NCBI GenBank assembly: GCA_030141605.1
Contig: JAQGDQ010000149.1
Span: forward strand, 1 to 64,000
Origin: Tubiluchus corallicola
Lineage: Eukaryota > Animalia > Priapulida
Reading direction: 5' to 3'
Length of the DNA stretch: 64,000 bases
Below, piece by piece: positions 39,001-51,000 of this stretch (the first letter of the stretch is position 1; each line of letters opens with the position of its first letter). The notes under the pieces were generated by a model. The model did no database searches, was not told the DNA's origin, and saw only the letters and a program-made list of their open reading frames with translations. Both the position numbers and the translations under genes were made by a program.

Positions 39001-42000
39001 CTTTTTTACTGCGTCGAGAATTGTGAAAACGTTTAACATATAGAGCAATAAACTGCCGCTGTTGCAGCTTAGAACCTGTTACAGCAGGTCGCCCAGCATC
39101 AATGAAATCTTCGGAAGTATCAATGGACTCTATGTCTGTTAAAACAAATAGAAATAGTTGCCTATTCATATACATGACAACTAGTTCAAAGAATTAATGT
39201 TTAAAAAAGTTACCTAAGAAAAGGGTTTAAAAAGTTAAGTTAAAAAATTATGCTTATTTTAGCATTTTATCGCCTTATTTATATTACACTTAGCTAAGTT
39301 AAGAAGAAATTATACAAATAAGTTTGCAAACTGATGATGAAATAGATAGTGTTATAGTAATAGTAGTACTATAATAGTAAGTACATAATCAATTCTTTCA
39401 CACTTTATAAGAGAATATTCGTTGCTAGTTTTAGTTTTGACAGCTCGAGTAATAAAACTTTGGCAAATAGCTCCTAATTAGTTCTTTAATGCTTTGTTAG
39501 AGAATAATTCTTTGCCAGTTTATTGTTCAGCTGGAGCAACATAATTGTGCTAAGCGTTACATTAGTATTGAATTGCAAAGAAAAGCTACGGTACTAAATA
39601 AGATAATTCACAAATGCAATAGAATGTAACAGGGTGATACAAAAATACACTAAAGACTACTGTCACTAAAGACATACACTAAACAAACACTAAGCAGTAT
39701 TATTGCAACAACTACATGCATAAAACTTCTAGTAAAATATGGTTGCAAAATATTTGCTTGAATTTATTAAATGTTCTGCAAAGAGTGACTTGAGGCCAGC
39801 AAGCTGTGCAATGCAACTTAAGATGCAAAAAATCACAGTCTGGCAATACACTACTACGAATTTAATACTATTGTTAAGATTGTACTGTACAACTTATTGT
39901 ACAGATGAAGAAAAAACCAAACAGGCAGACAACACTTACCTTTTTTATGCTTCTGTTTAGCTGTTGAGAATAAAATGGAAGCTTACTCATGCTGTTGTAT
40001 TAAAAAGTGAAAGCAAATTTAAAACAAATTTTATGATGTCTCTTATACTCAATTAGTTCAAAAACGTATCAGAAATGTTTTAAAACACCTACTCTTAGTC
40101 CTTCACAATTCTTACACATCTGAAATTTGGATTTCCAGTTGGAACAAACAAGGATTAAGAAATTTGGTGGCACACCGCCATATGTGCAACTTCAAGTGAT
40201 AAGTTATCATAATATATGAGTTTACAATAGCATGACTAAACTAATAAAAGGTAAAAAGACTAGCAAATACATAAGTATGATACCAAGTAAAACTTAAAAA
40301 AAGTTTCATACCGAAATCATCCACTGCTGTTGGTAAAGCCTCATAGGGTTGACCCTCTATAAGGCTATTAATACGCTTTCGACTATATATTGAATCGGCA
40401 CGCATGATAGTCGGATATTTACCACCTACAAGAAATGAAACCGTAATATAAACCTTAGCTACATATGATAGCTTATTCTTGCACAACTTCAAACTATATA
40501 GTCAAGAAAACTGAAAGTGTGACAAAAAATTAACATCGTCTTCATTTTAGAGTGCCTCATCTTACAGTATTAAATACGTGTTTGAAAGTACCTGCTACAT
40601 TTAAAAGTGATTATCATGAAATTTGTTATGTAACGTATCCAAGGTATTTCCACAAAAAAATCAGTCATTACAGTCTGAATGATAAGAGAAACAAAAAGCA
40701 AAGACAATTTTAAAATTCTCAGTTTGCATCATGATACCTTGCTATGAACTAACAGAACACATACAGTAGTTTATAACCGAATGTATTTGTTTCTCGGGTT
40801 AATAAAATTTCAAAATATGTGATGAACACATCATAAATAACACCATTCCTACAAACACAGAATGAAATATGTACATACTGTCAGTAATGTTTTTCAGAGC
40901 ATCTTCTACATCTTGGTCAGTTGCTACATCCCCAGTTACTCTCAAAAATACCTAATAACAATACTGAAATGTGAGTTACAAAATCTAGCTATTCGCTGAG
41001 AAATAATAAGCAGCAAATGTTTCTACATCATTACACAAATCACGGAATGGACAAAACTGAAAAACCAAAAACAAATCAGCAAATTGTCTAGGGACATTCC
41101 AAACAGTAAATTAATTCGCTACAAATATTTTTGCATTGAAGAAGTTTTCATCAAATAGTCGTTTACAATAACATCCAAAATATACTTGAACAAGTTTCGG
41201 AAATACCTCTTCCAAAGTAGTGTCAGATACACCGTAGCTAGAAAGGCCCAACGCTGAAAGATTTGCATCTAAATCAGAGAAAAGTCTTTCTAAAGAACCG
41301 GCTTGTGCTTCGCTGCTGGGAAATGTGTAGCTGATTTCAGTTCCAATATCTTCGACTAACCGTGCTGATGGCACTCTGCTCTTGATGAAGAACGTAAGAG
41401 CTTTTTGTGAAAATGGAGCAGGAGTGTTGGCAACTATATTAGAGGCAACAGTAGTAGTGGTAGCTGTGGGGGCAGTAGTAGCTGGAGTAGAAGTAACTGT
41501 AGAGGCAGCAATGGTGGTAGCTGGAGCATCTGGGGAAGAAGAAGTATCCATCAAGGCTGGAGCACTAAGGGTAACTTTCTTACGAACTGGCGTGGCATGT
41601 GTCTGCACTTCCGGTGCACTAAAGACTGCACGTTTGACAGGCACATCTGTGGCAGCAGTAGCATTTTGCTGAGGTGACTCAGTAGAAGCAAGTGGTTTTA
41701 TAGCAGCAGCAGTAGTTATCTCAGCACCAAGGCTGAGTACAGACAGTTCTGTAGGCGGGGTGTTGCTGATACTAGATTTTGAACTGTTTTCTATGTCTGC
41801 CACACCCTCATCTTCTTCACTACTTTTTAGTAACTAAAAAAACAATTTCTTTATAAATAATGCATTTATTGCTTATTAGTATAAAATACAACAATTAAAA
41901 ACAAGGGAAAAGAAAGAAATGACACAATGTTTCAAACTAGCACTGTAGTTCTTCAAATGAACAAAAACAAAAACAAAAAAGGAACAATCATAAGGAATTA

Positions 42001-45000
42001 GTAGAACTAATTTTTTTTGGAATTTTTTGTTTATACATTGTTTTAGTAGTGCACAAAAATGACATTACATTAAGAAAGGATAAGCACATAGAAAAAACAC
42101 AGAAGTACAGCAGAAAAAAACACAAAAATAAAAAACACTGTCAGTGAACAGAGTGGGAGGCACATGCACGCACGCACGCATGCACGCACGCACGCACACA
42201 CACACACACACACTAGAAAGACCGTGCTAGCAAAGCAGAATATGACTTTGCTAGTGCAGTCTTTATATTATAAAACAGACCTCTTAAGTTTAGTTAAATT
42301 TAAATAGTATCCATAGTCGACTTTTTTAAATAGCTTGCTAACATCATGGGGTTTTGATCTTTTGGCTTTTGTCTGTACTGTATTCACTCTTTTTTCCAAT
42401 TAATATTCTCATACAGTTTTACTTTTTTCTTTCTTTCCCACTCTATGGGTTACTTATACTGTATTGACCACTTTCTTCTGTTTAATCACTCCATACAGTT
42501 TTACTCTTTTAGTATTCACTTGCATCTCTGTGGGTTGCATTCTGTTTATTCTTCTACTTACGGTTTGACAAGTATATAAGCCATGGTCCCTATTAGACAT
42601 TTCAAAAGCTTGAGTTTCGTCCCACTTTGTTCAGTGATTGTGGCCAGTGATTTTATATTTCTCAGTTTCTTCCTGGTGCTTCTACGGGCTATGCTTCTGT
42701 GTTTTTTCTATGTGCTGTGTGTCCTTTTTATGTGTTAATAATATAAAAAAATTTCCCAAAAGATTAGTCAAACACAGTTTTAGTAATTCCTCGTGATATT
42801 TTCTCTTTTTTGCACTTTTTTGTTCACCGGAAGCGCATTGTGCCTTTTCTTTCCCTTCCTTGTTTTTTTAATTGTAGGATGTTTTATTAATTGTCACTAT
42901 TCTTGTCATTAAGAAGTAATTGTGTTAGCATAACTAAATGTATTATTTATTGCGTAATCAGACGAAACATTTATCATTAATAAGGGCGTTTCATCTATTC
43001 AGATCTTAAAGCTAATCTTCTCAAACAACCCAAAACTGGACTGCATGCAAAAATAACTGTATTTATGTGCATATGCCTAAAATTCTGCAACAAAAATTGC
43101 AAAATACTGCATGTGATGTGATGAGAGTAAGCAATAGATCAGATAAAGGATCCTCTTATAAAAATGCAGACTGAGTTGATCCTATTTAATTATAAATAAA
43201 GAAATTATCCATACTGCTAAGCTGTGTATTAACAATGCATTTTGACGACAATTCATTAAAAAGCTCACCTCTGTTGTATTGTTCTGCACAATGCTGCCTA
43301 TGACTTTTGTCTCAGCTTTGACTACAGTAAGGTAGTAACCGTTGCCATACATGTTTTTAAGAAAAAGGCTTGAACCGCAGCAACACAGTTTGCCTTGAGA
43401 TATGATGCCAATACGGTCTCCGAGCAGATCTGCTTCATCCATATGATGTGTTGTTAAAATTACCGTTCTTCCTATGAGACCAAACAAAATTAAGTTTAGC
43501 AGCCCAAATGGCATAAATTAATCAATTTAACTATTGGAAATGCAGGTAATTAATGAGGTGATGATCACTGAGATAATGATATATGTTGCCAAATCCAGTT
43601 TTAAAAGTGGAGAATAAGGAATAGCTCATATTGTTGTTGCTACTTTTCTTACAAATTAAAAATACGAGGGAAGTCTGGGTATATTAACATCTCACTCCAC
43701 AGTTACAATATGTCAAAAAATCTGTAGCAAGTAAATGTCAAAACCTTGTTTATATTTTGCAAGTAGATCCCAAATGCCTCTTCTAGCATAAGGGTCAACT
43801 CCAGCTGTTGGCTCATCTAAAATAACTGTCCTTGATCCACCAACAAAAGCTACAGCTATCGATAATTTCCTTTGCATTCCACCTTGAAGCATGACACAAA
43901 CAACAAAAATTAAAAGAGACATCTATTTGGCACAAGTATGCTGTAAGCAGTGCACATAGAAATAACACAATATAAAATTCGAATGACCAGTTTTGCGTTA
44001 ATTAAATCATAACAGTTAATTAAGGTAATTATAAAATGATTAGACAACAAGCATCACATTTAAAAGAATACAACTAGAAAATAAGTTCTAAAGTTCTGGT
44101 TACCAGATAAATTTTTTGATATTTCATTTCGTTTGTGTGGTAGTCCTACATCTAGCATCATACTTTCTAGCTCATCTCTTATTTCTTTTTCGTTAGCTCC
44201 TTTGAGGCGAGCATAAAACCACAGATGTTCTTCTACTGTTAATCTACAAGAAGACAGAACTTTACAAGAAACAAGCAGAAATATTTGTCATTTTCACATT
44301 GCATTTTCAAAAGTATTTGCAAAAATGTCAAACGATAAATGATACGTTAAATGATGCAAACTTATGTCTAACAGCAGACAAAATAAATAAATTAGTAAAT
44401 AATCTTAAATTTATCTTAAAAAATTGAGATGTTTACTCCAGTACCCTGCGACACAGGATTAGTATTCGACTTTCATACAAATAACAAAAGCAAAGCAACA
44501 TCACCAAAGCCAAACCAAATTTTAGAAAACAAAGAACAAAGCACTTTCTTTCCGTGCCAGTGCTAAGCAGCATAATATAATCAAATGTTTTGTAGTGGCA
44601 AATAAATCTTGACAAATAATTCGTAAGTCAAGCACAAACGACTGTACCTGAAAAAGATATCATGTAAAAATGACATTATTCTGACTTTTGAAAATATAAA
44701 TAGTCTTTGTTACTAAGTTGTAACTTCAAATGCTATGTTCAGAATCAGTCAACTTACTGGTCAAACAGAACATTGTGTTGCGGACACATTCCTAAGTTTC
44801 TTCTTATTTCATCCATATCAGAAAGGATGTCCTTGTCATAAATAGAAGCTGTACCTGATGTGGGCGGAAATAGGCCAGTTAAGATGGACCTGAAATCATA
44901 AATTGCATTATAGGCTAATAATAAACAACCAGTATAAACAAGATCGATCAAAAGTTTGTCCACATGTAATATTAAGATTTTTACTCACATTGTTGTTGTT

Positions 45001-48000
45001 TTGCCAGCACCATTATGGCCAAGGAAAGAAGTGATTTGGTTTTCATAAAAATTGATGCTTAATCCATCGACAGCAACTTTATCGCCGTAGACTTTCTTGA
45101 GGTTTCTGACAGACACACCTAATCTGAGATGAACTGGTTCCCTTTCAAATACTTGAGCATCTCCTTGCAAAAAATGTTATTATAGCAAGTTAAAAATTGA
45201 CATTTAATAGTTTTCGTAGGAAGAGAAGTAACAAAATTTCACAAGTAACGACTACACTAATCCCTGCTTAAATTATGAAATATGAAAATCAGTATAAAAA
45301 CAGAAGCAAAGAAGAACAAACAGAACTTCATTTTTAAATAATAAGCATATTTTTGTTTGCAGGCCTTATCAAATAAAGAAAATGGCAAGTTGATGTAAGC
45401 ACAATAGCTTAACTAATTACTAGAAATAATATTGGATAAATTTTTTAACCAAAAAATGAATTTTCTACGTTACTGTAAGATTTTTGTTGTGCTAGCAACT
45501 GATTATTGCCTAGTTCTAGGAAAGAATTTGACTTAACATTTTCTTTATTTGTTCACTTGCACTATAATTACTGTTAGTAACTATTTTTGCAAATATACAT
45601 TCTGTTATCATCTCATTTGTTTTTGCAACTACCACGCCGGCTCCCCCAGAGCATGCTGAAGGGTCTTCGAGCATCTGAAGTCATGCTGGTTGCAAACTTA
45701 ACTGCTGATCTGTAATAATTAACTCAAGTGCTGATCTGCCACAGCATGGGCATACAGGTCTACTGTTAAAAGGATTTGTCGAATAAAAATTTAAAATTTG
45801 CATAATCAAAAATAGTTGCGTAATATTTATTCAAGTGACTTTTTCAGGTTAAATTGCCCCCTTTCTGTTAAATTATAAACTTCGGCTAATACAGACTTTT
45901 TCAGTTTGTTTGCTGTGTAGCATGCTACGCCACTTTTTTATAAGTGATTTTGAAATGAGGAGAAAGATAATTCTCTAAAATTAGATACTTCTACAATCAA
46001 AAATTATCTTAAGTCATACTGACTTCAAGATCTTCTTAATAATTTAGCATGTACCTATTGAAAAGAATGTATAAATGACTTGATATAAATGACAACAAAA
46101 TTTCAAAATTTGTAAGGCAAAATGTTAGGCACAGTGAATTTATTTAGGATATTAAAGTAAATATAAATCAGTTAACAAAATTCACAAACATAAATTCTCA
46201 AAGGGTAATAATCAAAATTTTTGTTTGTGATTTTAGATTGCAAATTTAATACAACTAATAATGCCTCAAATTTCATTTAAACAATTCTGCTGAAACAAAA
46301 GGTAAACAGTGCAGCACATACGAGTTTTGCTATCAAAACGTGAAAACTGGACAGTGCGGCAATGTCAAGAGAAGGGCCCCAAAGAATCCCAGAATCAGAG
46401 GCCCTCTTGGTCTGAAGTTCGGCCCAGCTTTTGTTGTGGAAAGATTATTAATAAAGTACCTGTGATAAGTACCAGCCATTAAACATTTGGAAATAAACAA
46501 GCTCTCTTTACTACAATTATTTTACAATCATTTTGACCAGGCAAAAACGTTGAGGAATAGAAAATATGTCTAGGAAGCCCTATTGCTATAATTAATGGAA
46601 CAGATTAGAATCAACTATTAGAGCGGTATGTACCTTGTTCCATTTCTACTCCAGGTGTGATATTGACAGACTCAGTTTTGTTCTCAATGTATACTTTGTT
46701 GTTACCACTGTGAGGTGAACCACACCAGAAGGATTTGGTTATGAAAAAATAAAATGGTTTCGGCATTCCATATTGTCCTAAAAATCCACAATGTGTCAGT
46801 GATACAGTCATATTGAGGCACAATCAACAAAAACCGTACTTTCGAATGGATTTTCTTCAAATAGGCCTTCTAAATTTTAAAATATGGTGAAATAAAATAA
46901 GGTTAAATTTGTAAAATCTTTGTCTGAATTTAACAAGACCAGTGATTTATTTCAATGTGCACAATTTTTTATGTAATCAACTACAAATTATATGTATATA
47001 TATATATATATATATATTTCAGAAAATAATACCTGGAAACACAGTTTCTATGTACAAAGCTATAAGTAGATAGAGACAAGCATCAATGGCTAACATGATT
47101 AGGCACATGCCAAAGCTGTAATTGTCATCTGGAACTGGTGAACTGAACATGTTATGCCACTGAATGCCAACTTGAGTTTCCTCATATCTAGCTATGTAGT
47201 AGCAACCAAATCCAAAAGCTACATTAGAGAAGAGGCCCTAAAACATACAAATTTCAGTAATGGCAAGAAATCTAACAGCAGATGAAAACTTTTGCCTGCT
47301 CAAAAATTAATTACTTGTTTATCATCCCAGTTCTTCCTGTACCATACCGATTTTTTTGTACCTGATGCTTTTTAAAAAAATGTACAAGTTTCTGTTTCTC
47401 ACATTTGACTGTGAAATTTCTTTGCAGCTGTACATTTCTATAGCAAAATCGACAGTTCGCGACATGAAAGCTCTTTGCACCATCTTGCCACTGTTTTAAA
47501 CGTGAGAAGAATTAGAAAATATGAAACATCAAAGATGCTTCGACCCCAAAAATTTTTTTAAGGAGATGATAAGCAAGAATTTAGTGTTAAATGGCCTTGG
47601 TGTAAATAACAAGCAAACTGAGCAAAATGGCTTAAACTGTAAATCGGAATTATATCTGAAATGACAGAACTGTTTAATTCTGTGCATCTGAAAGGTGATA
47701 AACATAAGCTTGCTTTTGAAAATTATGAACAGTATTCCCGACAATGTCATATTTAGCAAATAATAATAAAAGAGAACTTACAGCTACACTCTTCTGCGGG
47801 GCACTCATTCGTTCCTCCCAAGAAAACAGAAATATGTACGGCAAATATATACAGTAATATATTATTCCACCTGTATAAAAAAATACAGTACGTGCTCAAC
47901 TAATTAAGCATTGGGTCAGAGAGGGCAATTAATATTAAGACTGTTGTTCAACAAAATTGAATATTATAACAGCTATCAGGTAAACACTCAGTGGTTATCT

Positions 48001-51000
48001 CTTGATAACTTAACTATTACACTTTATAAATTATTACAATTTTGCTCAATAAATTGTAAGTGTACAAAATGTGCAAATAGATGCAAGTAGAGACCAATAT
48101 TTACCTGCCGCTGCAGCTAGGTTAGCCTTACTGAAGAACACAGTAATCAGGAAGGATAGGTTAATGGTAGTGATAATAAACACTGTCATAAACAGCAGCA
48201 TAACCCATACATCAGTAAATGGCAATACATTACCATACTAAAAATAAAAATCAGTGTACTACAGAAAACATGTTGGCGAAGGAATTTCTTATATAAAATC
48301 CCAAAACAATGCAATTTTTATATAAATTACCTAAAACAATGTGTTTTTATAGGAATTACTCAAAACAAAGTATTTAAGAACAGACTAACTGTTAAGTAGC
48401 TCTAATTAAACCTTCTGCTACTTATATTTATTTACCCATCAAAACATGTCACTAAAAATTATAAGGTAAGTCTAATGACTAATGTTTATTTTAAAAACTT
48501 TTGCGATGACATTGCTAGTTCAACTATCAGTTTCAGCAAACTAAAATAGCTAGAAAAATCACAGAAGATGCATGCCGCTCTAAGATACACAAAAAGCCAA
48601 TCAATTTACGAATTTACATACATAACTACTTTCAGTTACTTAAAAAACATTTCAGTGACCACTTGTCAATAAATGTCTATCAACACAATTTCAGATTTCA
48701 CTTATAGAAAATTGGAATAGTAATCAGTTACAGAAAGTATCAAAAATAGAGAAAACAATAAACCGAAACAAAAATAATATAAAATAAAATAAATACCTTC
48801 ATAATAAGAACTAGAACAACTACAGTTGTAAACATGACCACAAAGCACTCAATGAACCAAGCTAGCCACAGTATTCCGTTGGACAGACCCATCACTTTCA
48901 TTACTTCTTTTAGTCTTTTTTCTTTTTCATACACAATATTCTTTACTATCATTGCCACAGAGTATATCCAAGCCAGAACCATAAACAACGGTATACTGTT
49001 TGCTATTGCATACAAAAATCTGAAAATAAAACACACTGAAAGACATATCCTGCAGCAAATTTTATAATTTCAATTAGGAAGTAGCTAGCAGGAAAGAATA
49101 CAACAAATGTAAGTGCACAACTTGTTCATTTCAAAATGTATAATTAATCATATTTAATTGCTCGACAGGACAATTCTAAGAATAGAAAAGATGCTGCTAT
49201 ATTTTTGTTCTTTCTTTCTTCAGTTTGAGTTTCAATGTCTGATTGCCTAAAATTTCATTGAAAGCAAAGAAATATCGGCTCACTTAGAGTAAGAACCGGG
49301 AGCACTCAAGTCTCAAATTGGGTTTATTGTCAATAAGAAATCACATTTTAACAATAGCTGTAATGGCTGTATAATATATAGCATAAAGCTGATCTCAATC
49401 TTATTTATTAGATTTATCAAGTTACTGATTATATTCAAGTAATATACCTCACTTGAATTGTATGAACTTTGCACTGTATCATAGTAAAAGTCTTCCTATG
49501 TAATCCTAGTTGAAGGTGTTACGTAAAGTGGTACATTTAGTGACCACATAATTAGGCAAACTTTTTACGGAATATGTGTGGAAGTAGGGAATAGTAAGAC
49601 CACATTCCTGGAAACACGATGTGCATTGCGTATCAAATTTGTTTGAATAAGCCAATACATAAGTAAAATTAATCAACTTGCCCAACATTTGTAGAAAAAT
49701 GTTTTTCACTCTGGCATGCCATAATGTCGTTATGATGCAACTGAATGCTTCCTTATTAAGGTACGTAAGGTCTAATCAGCTAATTTCAATTTAGCTATTA
49801 CTAAATGCTAAATTACTATTACTAATGTATGGTGCTAGTTTGTTGCATAACAAGTGTAAAACACAATTTTGGTGGCATACTTTTGCCCATGGAAATGCTG
49901 GAATTTTCAATAATTCTAGAAAATTTAATTACTTCAATAATAACAAAAAAGTGCAAACCTAATTATGCGTTTATCAATGCCAGCATTTGTCAAGACAGGA
50001 AAATGGTTTTGGGATACAAGTATGTCTTTATAGTTTAGTTGCATTGTTATATTAAGAAAAACATTTAAAGAAGCTACATCAGCACTGTGTGCAGAATGCA
50101 GAATGACACTAAAGCAATAATAACAATTGCAAACAAGAATAAGAAACCTCAGCATACTTATCGTCAACATAACAAGGTGATGGAAACTGCTGCACATATA
50201 CACCCTCTGTTGTATTGCTTCCTGTTTGCATTCTCACAATTGCATGCTCAATCATGTCTTGCACAAACGAAAACCCATAAAATATGTACTTCAAATCTGA
50301 CTGTGGATTCCGTCTTGGCCGCATGCTGTAATATCTATTAGAAATAAGTATGAATGAATTACATGTACCCATAATGTGTAAGTGGTTAAAAAATCAAAAT
50401 GGCACATCACCGTCACCATCTTACAATTGTAAAATCGTACAGAAAATTCCGCTCCATTAGCTGTTCCAACATATAGGCTAATATTGCTCAAGACTTAAAT
50501 TTTTTTTAATAACCTAATTCGAAATATGAAGATCAGTGTTTGCATAGAGACTAGTACCGGCTCGTTCTCAGTAAGAATCAAGACAACTGTGGGAATGATA
50601 ATACTGATAAACAATTTTAATATTATACATTTTCAAAACATATAGAGGTTATAAAAACTAACTACAGGCTGTTTAAAACTTGATACATTTAATAGTAATG
50701 TGGGTACTATGACAGTGCAGTAGTGGGCTCCATAAATCTATAATCTTCTGTTTGCTTGCTAGCAGGCTGATTGTACATGCACGGACCTATGCTGATTGCA
50801 GACTGCAGAGTTATGTGTAGCACACATGTTGAGCTAATTTTCTAAAACTGAAAGCCTACAATGTTTTTGCATGCTGTAGCCTATATATTGCTGAACTGTC
50901 CATCCCACTTCATCAGCCGACATAAAATGTGTTGTAATAATATCTTCACAATGCCCTTCCAGATGACAGAGTTTGGGCTTTTCTTTCAAACATAACTTCA

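Noticed and set aside
41382-41672. 96-aa Val/Ala-rich plus-strand ORF
   Set aside because: Antisense shadow of the Thr/Ala-rich ABCA exon 25.
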